From positions 129,580,001 through 129,644,000 of the forward strand of contig OZ024741.1 of the NCBI GenBank assembly GCA_964016885.1: a DNA stretch of 64,000 bases. The letters are read 5' to 3'. How positions within the stretch are numbered: the first letter of the stretch is position 1; each line of letters begins with the position of its first letter. Source of the DNA: Eledone cirrhosa. Lineage: Eukaryota. The translations under genes and the position numbers were made by a program. Positions 27,420-37,500 of this stretch are shown one piece after another. The notes under the pieces were generated by a model. It saw only the letters and a list, made by a program, of their open reading frames with translations, searched no databases and was not told the origin of the DNA.

Positions 27420-28000
27420 TAAATGTATATATAGTGTATTTTGCAATACACTGTATGCTTAATTAAAAGCATTTCGAAGACCTTACATTATTGTTTTAGA
27501 GTAGTGACAGTCTCACTTACATTACATTTTCAGCAAACAGGGGAGATAAAGCTGACAGAGCTCTGTTTCGTACTGATTGGTACTTATCAAAGCCAAGTAC
27601 TCCACCTGTTTGCTGAAAATCATGAATGTTTGATTCTTATAGAATTCTAGTAATAATGAGGAACTGATTATACAGAGCGGTTGCCGGTCAAGCAGAAATT
27701 GAAAATTAGAATTGGTTCTCTGAAATAGCGATATATATATGAATGTATATATAGTGTATTTTGCAATACACTGTATGCTTAATTAAAAGCATTTCGAAAA
27801 CCTTACATTATTGTTTTAGAGTAGTGACAGTCTCTAAAAGCCTGTTTGCTGAAAATTTAAAGTAAGTGAGACTGTCACTACTCTAAAACAATAACGTAAG
27901 GTCTTCGAAATGCTTTTAATTAAGCATACAGTGTATTGCAAAATACACTATATATACATTCAGATATATATCGTTATTTCAGAGAACCAATTCTAATTTT

Positions 28001-28010
<10 letters not shown>
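27395..28010. repeat. Direct + inverted repeat structure (Penelope-like termini)
   Basis: 27420-27513 repeated at 27742-27834; 27866-28000 is an inverted copy; contains the degenerate hammerhead. Confidence 0.65.
27550..27594 (-). ncRNA. Degenerate minimal hammerhead ribozyme motif
   Basis: ggct TTGATAA gtac-caatca-gtac GAAA cagagctctg TC agct; two core substitutions versus CUGAUGA; palindromic stem III. Confidence 0.55.
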
Positions 28011-28038
<28 letters not shown>

Positions 28039-28039
<1 letters not shown>

Positions 28040-28791
28040 TAGCAGAATGGCCCGGCGTTGCTCAGGCTTCTAAATTTAGATTGGCATGTTTATCCTTCTT
28101 TTCTGAAACAGTACAGAGAAGTACGGAATACCTCGGCCTGGGGATGGTCTCTACATTTTGTGCTTATAACAAAAATTTGTCGTAGATCACCAGGGATTTA
28201 ACTTAATTGGGTACCTGAGAGTAAAATGTTCAACCCACGAAAGCCAAGACGATAGAGTTAAGTAAAACCGAACATGTATTAGTTGTGCTATGGTACAATG
28301 AAAGCAATAGTTACAGAGCAGTAAGCACGTGGGATTGCAGTGGTGGATAGCATGAAGGAATTTAGTTGGATACTTTTAAGGTTACAAAAATCTACCCAAA
28401 TCTGATACAGACCGAAGTGTTATATCGGATGCCGAACGCTTCGGAGTTACTATTGGGGTCACCATCAACAATTTCAAGGGATGTACATTTAAGTAGGGAT
28501 AATATAGTCTATAAAGAGAGGTAACTCTTTCAAAATACTAAAGAGTTGTCTCTCTTGAACATTGTAAGCAAAATTGCTGAACTAACTGACAAAAAGGGCT
28601 TAAAGTTTTAGTGAAAAAAACGCCTTTAACAACAGAAAATTGAAAAATAAAAGCTGCAGTTAATATCTTTAGACCGCAAGGAATATATAAATGCAAGTTT
28701 GAAGTCAATCGGAGTAGAAATGTGGATTTGTATAGACTTTGCCAAAATTAGGACACACACAGACAACTTCAGTTTTATATAGATGTATAGA
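28039..28791 (-). mobile_element. Non-autonomous Helitron
   Basis: Minus strand starts TC, ends with hairpin GCCTGAGCAACGCCGGGC plus CTAG, and sits between A and T; partial second copy at 26160-26410. Confidence 0.7.
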
Positions 28792-28924
28792 TATATAATA
28801 AATGTAATCTGAGTTTTTTGAATATTAATAATAATATTTGATTCATTTGCAATTATGCAAAAATCCTCTTTTTTAAAGCCATGTCAGTAGAATGAGCTCC
28901 TCATTCTTGTTCTTGTGTTGGCAT

Positions 28925-28990
28925 GTAAACAGAACTGCAGACACTAATGTTTCTGGGTATTACCCTTCATCAGTGCAGTTAACTGTTCAC
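28925..28990 (-). ncRNA. Type I hammerhead ribozyme motif (Penelope/retrozyme-like)
   Basis: gtgaacag-tt-aactgca CTGATGA a-gggt-aat-accc-a GAAA cat-ta-gtg TC tgcagtt-ctgtttac: intact core, stems I-III, GUC cleavage triplet. Confidence 0.75.
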
Positions 28991-29451
28991 CTGCCAACTA
29001 TCAGAGCTAGTGAAAATATATGATATTTTCTAAAATATACAGTGACTAATCGGCCTGCTTTGCATATTAGCAGACTGGCTGATCAGTCAGATTTGCATAT
29101 TAGCAGATCAACTGATCAACCAGATTGCATATCAGCAGACAGGCCAGTCAGTTTCCTGTATATGAGTGATTAATGGTTGGCTTTGCCATATTCAAATAAG
29201 AAAAAAAAAATATATATAATCGCTCTACATGGCTGAATAGAATAAATGTAATCTGAGTTTTTCGCACATAAATAATTGTTTCTACTTTAGGCACAAGGCC
29301 AGCAATTATCAGTGCATTACTGGTACTTTATTTTATCGACCATAAATAATGATATTCGATTTGTTTGCAATTATGCAAACAGCCTCTTTTTTAAAGCCTT
29401 GTCAGTAGAATGAGCCCCACATTTTTGCTCTTGTGTTGGCATGTAATAGAA

Positions 29452-29636
29452 GGCGGTGGATTGGCAGTATCGGTAGAGGGTCGGACGCCATGCTTTGCAT
29501 CACAGTTACGTCCTTTACGGACTGAGTTCAAATCCCGCCGAGGTTAACTTTGCCTTTCATCCTTACGGGGTCGATAATATAAAGCACCAGTAATACACTG
29601 GGATAATTGCTGGCCTTGTGCCAAAAGTAGAAATAA
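29452..29636 (+). mobile_element. tRNA-derived SINE family 2
   Basis: GGCGGTGGATTGGCAG..GAGTTCAAATCCCGCCGAGGTTAACTTTGCCTTTCATCCTTACGGGGTCGATAA; other copies at 30325-30510 (+) and 31178-31362 (-); partial copies at 30235, 30528 and 29270; degenerate copies near 630, 11550, 19150 and 59800. Confidence 0.75.
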
Positions 29637-29704
29637 TTATTAATATTCGAAAAACTCAGATTATATTTATTGTATTTAGTCATGTAGAGTGATAATATAT
29701 ATAT

Positions 29705-30115
29705 ATCATCATAATCATCACCGTTTTACATCCGTTCTTCCACGCTAGCATGGGTTAGACGTGTTGTCCTGTTGTGGGCAGTGTCCGGTCGGCTGACCTT
29801 GTCTTGCTCATACGTGTACTGATTCTGGCTTGATTTCTACAGCTGGATGCCCTTCCTAACACCAACCTCATTTACAGTGAGTGCAGGGTGCTTTCTTTCC
29901 GTGGCGCCTACACGTCCACTTTACAGTGTGGGCTGGGTGCCTTTTTGCCGTGTCACCTCCATGACCACTTTGCTGTGGAATGATAGGGACCCCAGTCCTA
30001 TCATCTCATTTCTACAGCTGAGTAAACTGGAGCAATGTGAAATAAAGTGTATTGCTCAAAGAAACAACACATCACCCGGTTCGAGAATTGAATTCACAAC
30101 CTTTCGATTGCAAGT
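29705..30115 (-). mobile_element. Same SINE family, head truncated, different RTE tail
   Basis: Body collinear with 5270-5580; the tail resembles the 20-23 kb LINE 3' end. Related heads at 23852-23965, 31755-31900 and 59485-59760. Confidence 0.75.
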
Positions 30116-30126
30116 TATCCGCTACA

Positions 30127-30157
<31 letters not shown>

Positions 30158-30607
30158 TAATATAACAGATTAAAGGTTAAGCAAAGAATCTCTTTCGGAT
30201 TTTAGTCTTCACATTTATTATTATTATTACTGGTGAATTTCATCCTTACGGGGTCGATAAAATAAAGTACCAGTAATGTACTGCGTAATTGCTAGCCTTG
30301 TGCCTAAAATAGAAACAATTATTACTGGTGAATTGGCAGTATCGGGAGAGGGTTGGACGCCATGCTTTCTAGCATAGTTACGTCCATTTACAGTCTGAAT
30401 TCAAATCCCGCCGAGGTTAACTTTGCCTTTCATCCTTACGGGGTCGATAAAATAAAGTACCAGTAATGTACTTGATAATTGCTGGCCTTGTGCCTAAAGT
30501 AGAAACAATTATTACTATATATATAAATAAAGTACCAGTAATGTACTGGATAATTGCTGGCCTTGTGCTAAAATTAGAAACAATTATTACTATATATATA
30601 TATATAT

Positions 30608-30669
<62 letters not shown>

Positions 30670-30705
30670 GGAAAGAGAGAAAGAAAGAGAGTGAGAGAGA
30701 CCCAC

Positions 30706-30794
30706 CTGAGTGGCTTCGATATGGGTACATCTTCTGCAGGTATAAGGTTACATATGTATTCCTTATCGGGCAATCTCTTGAAGGCAACGGGCAT
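30706..30794 (-). CDS. ENKUR: Enkurin, coding exon 1 (MPVAFKRLPDKEYICNLIPAEDVPISKPL-R)
   Basis: ATG at 30794; donor CAG|GTGGGT at 30705; phase 2. EYICNLIP..P.R resembles the enkurin N-terminus (ECIYNLIP...PPRY) as I recall it. Confidence 0.85.
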
Positions 30795-30930
30795 GTTCGG
30801 TTCTGGTGCAAATCGTCCGCTGTACCACTACGCCACTACGTTTACTATTCACGCTTCCAATATAACGCGTTTTTATGATATATATATATATATAAGTATA
30901 TATATGTATGGGATGTATATACATACACTA

Positions 30931-31018
30931 GTTTCCTATCGTAACGAAGCCGTTTTAATATTGATAATCGACAACACAGCTGGTAGCTATAGCAACTTTT
31001 GATTGACGTAAACAAACA
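30931..31018. promoter_or_regulatory. Ciliary-gene promoter motifs: RFX X-boxes and forkhead (FOXJ1-type) site
   Basis: GTAGCTATAGCAAC (30983-30996) fits the X-box consensus GTHNYY-AT-RRNAAC; weaker GTTTCCTATCGTAAC (30931-30945); GTAAACAAACA (31008-31018); all 140-225 bp upstream of the ATG. Confidence 0.6.
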
Positions 31019-31177
31019 TTAAACATGAATCAAGGGAGGCTACTCATTTAAGTTAAATGACTTAATTCCCTTGAAGTAAATATTTAATGCTTACACTTTT
31101 TATCATGCCTGTTTAAAAAAAATATTTTCTATTAGCCAATATTCATCTCTAATTGTCGAGTTTATACATTTCAATAT

Positions 31178-31362
31178 TGTTTCTACCTTTGGTACAAGGC
31201 CAGCAATAACCCAGTGCATTACCGGTACTTTATTTTATCGACCCCGTAAGGATGAAAGGCAAAGTTAACCTCGGCGGGATTTGAACTCAGAATAGCAAGG
31301 GCCGTAACTCTATGCGTCAAAGCATGGCGTCCGACCCTCTTCCGATACTGCCAATCCACCGC
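31178..31362 (-). mobile_element. tRNA-derived SINE family 2, antisense copy upstream of enkurin
   Basis: Reverse complement of 29452-29636. Confidence 0.8.
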
Positions 31363-31446
31363 CCCTTTGTTATATTACATGCATGTATGTATGCTTACGG
31401 AAATATATCAAATTCACACTCCACCACCATAAATGAAATTTAAGAG

Positions 31447-31713
31447 TCAGTCGGACTCGTGGTCTCCACTGACGTTGCTCCATAGAACGGCACGGGAGAC
31501 TCGCTGGAACAGCCGCTCCACCTCGCGGGACTCACACTTGCGGGAAGTTAACTTTGCTCCTATAGCAGTGAGCAAGGGATGTGGTTCGGAGATCATGAAT
31601 GCTGGAGGTCTCACTGCCACAGGCTCACCTACAAACTTACTTGAGAGCAGCCGATACTTTGACAGTTTGCCCTCTTCGGTCTGGCGAGCAACGAAGTCTG
31701 GGTTGGTAGTCAA
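31447..31713 (-). mobile_element. Degenerate 3' fragment of a CRE-like RLE retrotransposon
   Basis: Translation ..E..K..KY..L...F..EPVAV...IG..L....E.RE...LFQRVS.AV...N resembles CRE-clade C-termini as I recall them. Confidence 0.55.
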
Positions 31714-32029
31714 ACGAACTGTTTATACATGTATTTTCTTTTTACTAGGGTTTCAGGCTCACGGTCGTAAGGTTGTAAGTTCGATCACCTTAGTGCGTTA
31801 TGTTCCTGAGCAAGACATTTTATTCCCCGTAAATTCAGTTTATTCAACTTGAAAAAATGAGTCGTATCTATAATTCAAAGGGACAGCCTTATTACATACT
31901 ACATCATGCTGATCTCCCTGAAATTTCGCTGAGTACCCGTATCTATGGAGCATATTGTCCTGTTGATCGAACAACTGGAACATTCATCACTCATCGTCGG
32001 AACCCTCGAATGTCCAATACTATTAGCTA

Positions 32030-32097
32030 TTCTTCTTCTTCTTCTTCTTCTTCTTCTTCTTCTTCTTCTTCTTCTTCTTCTTCTTCTTCTTCTTCTT

Positions 32098-32181
<84 letters not shown>
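32030..32181. repeat. Compound (TTC)n-(ATT)n microsatellite, left border of the retrotransposon array
   Basis: Direct reading. Further (ATT)n tracts at about 38213-38287, 43204-43248, 48092-48192, 48956-48989, 50600-50662, 51272-51294 and 57398-57454. Confidence 0.97.
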
Positions 32182-32394
32182 GAATGCCATGGTTGACGGA
32201 GGCTCGGCTCTGTAAGGTATAGTAATTTTTAACCGTTAAAACAATTGTAAATTGTTTAAAACTTGAACCAAATTGTTGATAAAGACACCCTCCTCCTCGT
32301 GAGAGGGGTCTTTCTGTCCGTTATTTGGCCCTTCGGGGTTAAATAGCCAGTTATTGGGGTTTTGTACCCAAAATTTCATTTTAAACAAAAAAAC

Positions 32395-34494
32395 ATGGCT
32401 ACCAAAAAAAAAAAATTTCATACGTCACTCCCACTCATTCCGTCTTCTTCTTCCTCAATCATCACTACAGGAGAGAGAAGATTGTCTCTCTCCCTCCCTT
32501 CTTTAAATGTGTCTCTCTCCCTACCTTCTCTTTCGCAAGCGACGAAAGAAAAGAAAAGTCTCGTGCAAAGCGTGCAAGGTTTCTCCACGACGACGACGAC
32601 AGCGACGAAACAGGTGTGCGGGAAATACGAAAACCCAGTTCATTCGTCTGACGTCAGGAATAATAGCAGTAGCAGCCGTAATAACAACAGCAACAGTGAC
32701 AATGAAAACAACAGTAGCAGCCGCAACAGCATCACCAGCAGCATAAACAACAACAGCATTAGCAGCAGCAACACCAACAACAACCACAGCAACAGCGGCG
32801 GAGGCAGTAGTCGTAGTACCTGCAGCAACAACAAAAGTACCAGCAGCTCTGACGACAACAACAACAGCAGAGAAAAACCAATCTCATTTGCAGGTATTGC
32901 GAAAAACCTGGAAACAATCCTCATAACAAATGAGGAATTAGAGGAAGCGAAGAAGATGGTGACAAAGAACGGACACCGAGCAATCTGCAAGGCAGCGAAA
33001 AATTTTTTCGAAACCCAAGAGCACTGTACGGTCACGTACCGTACAGTAAGTACAAAATCCCGTAGGGTGGAAAGAGCCACAGAGGCCCAAATACAAAAAG
33101 CCTTGGGGTCTGTGTGGCAGAGGAAAACGCACATCACCCGAGGCAAAAAATACGCCACCGTAGACGTACTTTTTGCCACACCCCAGGAGGCAAAGGCCCA
33201 ATCAGTAGTGACCCTAAGGAGCGAGGAAATGGTGTTGGTGCCCTCCTACTGCGGGCAAAAAATTGTGAGGGTCAAACTGACCCACGTCCCCCCCGGAATG
33301 ACCCCTTCTTGGCTGGCCGCGTCTGTCCTCGTCGGAATCGAGGACAAAACAACTGTACTGCAAGTACAGAAAAAAGTAAGAGAAGATTGGGTCGGCTCCT
33401 CCATTGAGATGCTAATCCAAACCAACCAGGAGTGCATCGAAGCTATCCCGGATGTGATAGACTTCGATAACGGCACTCAACTGCCCATAAGTGTTGAGGG
33501 CAAACGCCCGAAATGCTTTCGCTGTGGATCGAAGACTCACCTCAGGGCCTTCTGCAACGAGAAGACCCTGAGAAAGGAGAAAACCCCCCTCCTCCCGAAT
33601 CCGGTTCCACGGCTACCAGCAACAGGACAAGCGGCAACCAGGAACGATAGGTCCGTGGCACCCATACCCACTCCACGGAAATCAAAGACAGCAGCAGCAG
33701 TGGAAATATTAACAACAACAACAGCAATACCAAATGCAGCTGCAACAGAGACTCCAGTGCAAACATCACCAACAACAACAAGTGAAAGAGTGGAGCTGGT
33801 ACCCCTCCCCGACCTTACAGAATCAGACATGGAGTGTGAGGTGGGAGAGGGATGGCAAAAGGTCTCAAGAAGGCACAAACGCAGAAGCAGCGCATCGTCG
33901 CCTTTGAAAAGGGAGGAAAGAAATGAGAAAAGGGTAAAGTCTACTGCAAAGAGACCCACAGCAGCAACACCACCAACACCATCACCACCCACACCAGCAC
34001 CACCATCACCACCGGCGACAACCCCACCGCCAACAACACCTTCAACACCACCACCACAAGCACCAACATCGCAAACACAACAACAAAACACACACACCCA
34101 GCAACAACGACAAGAAAATAGCAGAACCACACCCCACCCCCAGAAAAACAAATGCACGGCAATAAACACACACAACAAGAAACTAATGACTTACATAATT
34201 GAACACACAGACATTTCACAACAGGACTACATAATACCAGCACCAATCAAAACGCCAACTAACATAAGACTGCTAAAAATAGCACAGAAACAATACACAA
34301 ACATTAAAACGAAATTCCCCAACGCAGTTGGTGATTTCAGGGACCTAGGAGGAACCATTAATCGAAGAGTATATTCAGACATTCTCTTAGAAGAGCCGAC
34401 GACCAGCCGAAGGGACGATTCAACGGTCCCTTCACCAGACGATCAAGTGAAAAGGGATGTAAAAACCATCCCTCCTCTACCAAAAATACGGTAA
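32395..34494 (+). CDS. Tx1-like ORF1 (699 aa; CCHC zinc knuckle, Ser/Asn and Pro/Thr low-complexity tracts)
   Basis: First ATG at 32395 (the ORF track starts at an upstream TTG); CFRCGSKTHLRAFC knuckle. Confidence 0.85.
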   Translation: MATKKKKFHTSLPLIPSSSSSIITTGERRLSLSLPSLNVSLSLPSLSQATKEKKSLVQSVQGFSTTTTTATKQVCGKYENPVHSSDVRNNSSSSRNNNSNSDNENNSSSRNSITSSINNNSISSSNTNNNHSNSGGGSSRSTCSNNKSTSSSDDNNNSREKPISFAGIAKNLETILITNEELEEAKKMVTKNGHRAICKAAKNFFETQEHCTVTYRTVSTKSRRVERATEAQIQKALGSVWQRKTHITRGKKYATVDVLFATPQEAKAQSVVTLRSEEMVLVPSYCGQKIVRVKLTHVPPGMTPSWLAASVLVGIEDKTTVLQVQKKVREDWVGSSIEMLIQTNQECIEAIPDVIDFDNGTQLPISVEGKRPKCFRCGSKTHLRAFCNEKTLRKEKTPLLPNPVPRLPATGQAATRNDRSVAPIPTPRKSKTAAAVEILTTTTAIPNAAATETPVQTSPTTTSERVELVPLPDLTESDMECEVGEGWQKVSRRHKRRSSASSPLKREERNEKRVKSTAKRPTAATPPTPSPPTPAPPSPPATTPPPTTPSTPPPQAPTSQTQQQNTHTQQQRQENSRTTPHPQKNKCTAINTHNKKLMTYIIEHTDISQQDYIIPAPIKTPTNIRLLKIAQKQYTNIKTKFPNAVGDFRDLGGTINRRVYSDILLEEPTTSRRDDSTVPSPDDQVKRDVKTIPPLPKIR

Positions 34495-34529
34495 GTGGTC
34501 TTTCCCATCTTTTCCACTCTATTTTAAAC

Positions 34530-37500
34530 ATGACCTCACTCAGAATAGGCAGCATAAATGCGCGTGGCTTGGGGTCGTCATGGAAGCAGGGTCACCTGCT
34601 CAACGACCTCAGGTCACTAAACATAGATGTAGTGGCCATCAGCGAGACCAGAATCTCCGAAGCACGGGCCTTCGCACCGATCTTCGGCGGCTACGATGTG
34701 TACGCATCTCCCAGCCGTCCTGGATCGGGTGGAGGAGTTGCTGTGCTTTTTCGGAGAGGTTTGGATCTCGCCATACGGGCCATCTTCCTGGACCCAGAGG
34801 GTAAGCTGGTGGTGCTGGACGTGACCAGCGGAGACGGGCAAGCTTTCAGGCTAGTGGCCGTCTATGCCCCGACAGGAGCAGGGCGGCCTGATTTCTTCCG
34901 GCGTCTGGAGACCTTTCTTGGAACGTCGCGCTCTTTAGTGTTAGTGGGCGACTGGAACGGGATCTTAGATGCACGCTGGGACTGTGTGGGATTAGCGGAT
35001 AGGGGTGGAGGGTGCAAGAGCCTCACCAACCTGCTCAGGCGTTTTGAACTGTCTGACAGGTACCGATTGGATTTCCCGAATGTGCCAATGTGGACTTGGA
35101 CAAACCGCATAGGGTCATCCAGATCATATCTAGATAGAGTATTTTGTAGGGAAATAGATAGGTCTAGCATAGGCTGTCCACAATTCAAGATAGTCAGCTA
35201 CACGGACCACAAATTCGTGATCTGTGTGCTTGACTTAGATAGGCTTCATAGACGAGGACCCGGCTACTGGAAGCTAAACGCGTCCTTACCAGCGCGCAAG
35301 GCCTACAGAGACCGGATTAGCGAACTAGTTAAGCGGGCGTTGACGGGGGCCATCGTCAACAACAAGTGGTGGTTTGCTCTGAAAAGAGCGATTAGAATAG
35401 AATCGATTAGGTTTAGTAAGGCTTTAGCAATAGAGAAAAATAGAGCAGAGGGAGAACTAGTTAGAAAATTAGACGAGGCGCTTAGCAAAGGCATTGCGAC
35501 CGACGTGCTTGCGGCGAAATTGGCCCTTGACCAATTCTTCAATGCAAAGCACGAAGGCTGCGTTGTCAGAGCTAGGGTGCGTGCTCTCAGACACGAGGGG
35601 ACGAAAGCCGTTCAATGGGCCCGAGTGGCGGAGGCGCGTCGTGGCAACAAAGCCACGATCCGGTCTTTGGTGGACCACGACGGGCGCATGCTACTCGATC
35701 CCGGGCAAATGTGTGAAGCTTTTCAGCGACACTTCGCTCAGCTGTTCGGGGGCAGCGGGGGGCCGGGTAGAGGGATGGACTTTAGTGTCTACCTCGACGG
35801 ACTGCCGCGGCTCTCGGCCACTGAGGCGAAGTGTTGCGAAAAGCCGATAACAGCCGCTGAAGTAAGGGAGGCAATGACTGGCTGCACAAGGGGTAAATCG
35901 CCTGGTTTGGATGGTCTGCCCTATGAACTTTACGTACAGATGCCAGACTTGTTCGGAGGCCTCTTGGCGGACGTCTACTGCAACTGGCAACAGAACGGGA
36001 GAATTCCCAGTTCTGTGAGCCGAGGAGCGGTGGCACTGCTGAGAAAGGATCCGAACAAGGGGGATAACATAGACAATTTCCGGCCCATAACTCTGCTAAA
36101 CACAGAGTTTAAGATTTTGGCCAAGGTGCTAGCAAAGAGGTTGGCGCTTGTCGTTGGTGGTCTGGTGGGAGAGGCGCAGACATGCGCCATTCCCGACAGA
36201 TCCATCCACGACAACCTCCACCTCATGCGATACATCGTAGAGAGGGTAGCTAGGGAACCTGGCACGGGTGGGTCCTTGATCAATTTAGATCAGTCGAAAG
36301 CTTTCGATAGGGTCGACCATCGTTACCTAGCGGCAGTCCTGAGGGCGGCTGGCTTTGGGCCCGTCTTCAGAGGCTGGATCGCTGCCATGCACAGCGACAT
36401 CTGCTCTGTGGTGAGAGTGAACGGTCACCTGTCGGAACCGTTCAACATCATGCGCTCGGTCCGCCAAGGATGTCCCCTCTCGTCCCTCTTGTACGTATTG
36501 ACTCTCGAGCCATTACTGCACAAACTGGAGACGTTGAGGGGAGTCCCGCGCGAACTAGGATGCGGAAGATCCGTGTCAGCATATGCGGACGATGTCACCG
36601 TAGTGGTGTCGAACGCCAAACACATCGAGGCGATCGGCACTACACTAAGAGAATACGAAGCGGTGACAGGAGCAATGATCAACCAGGAAAAGTCAGTGGG
36701 CCTGCAGCTCGGCACCTGGAGAGGCAGGTCCATGCCGTCCAACAGCGTCGTCGGGCGCTGGACGGACGGACCGGTTAAATTGCTAGGGGTCTGGTTCGGT
36801 CCGGACCTCCAGACGGACAAAAACTGGGACGAGGTGACGAGCAGGGTGGCTTCTCTCACCCAGAAATGGGCGGAGAGGAAGCTATCCCTGAAAGGTCGAG
36901 CGGAGGTGGCTAACGCGTACATCGCGTCTGTCATCTGCTACCGCCTAACCGTCGTACCTTGTCCTAAGCCTCGCCTGACTGCGCTGGAGCGTTTGCTCTT
37001 TCGCTTTTTGTGGAAGGGACGTGCTCCGATGGTCAGGCGGTCCATCTGTTGTCAACACCCGCTACGTGGAGGGCTGGGCATGCCGTGGCTGATGATGCGC
37101 AGGCACGCGCTCAGGCTACGACATCTCCACCTCTTCCTCGACGGTGATCAGGTGTGGTCGCCGTTTGCTAGACGCGTTTTTCCCCAGCTCGTTTCCTTGA
37201 CGGAGCTGCAGTCCTGGGTCAAGCGAAGACCGAGAGGGAGCGCCTGGAGACTGGAATGTCTTCAGGCGCTCACAGCCCTCGACCAATCGGGCAATGTGAT
37301 CGGTGGAAACTCCACCTCGGCGTTCTATAGAGGATTAGTGGAGGGGAAGAGCGACGACGTACTTGGGGAAACTCTAGGCGTCGACGAAAATCAACTAGCC
37401 AATCTCTTCGGAAGAACCTTCGGGCCAGGGCCTATGGACAACTTCCAGAAATCTCTGGCCTGGCAGTGCTACCGAGGAGCCTTGCCAGTTCGGGATAAAC

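Larger units (their letters stand above)
28797..29700 (-). mobile_element. Penelope-like non-autonomous repeat: direct repeats plus inverted terminal copy around the hammerhead
   Basis: 28797-28928 is repeated at 29239-29446 (with a SINE piece inserted); 29636-29695 is an inverted copy of 29219-29265. Confidence 0.55.

Noticed and set aside
29452-29540. tRNA genes at A/B-box sequences (also 5540-5615, 23852, 59485)
   Set aside because: No complete cloverleaf; they continue into SINE bodies
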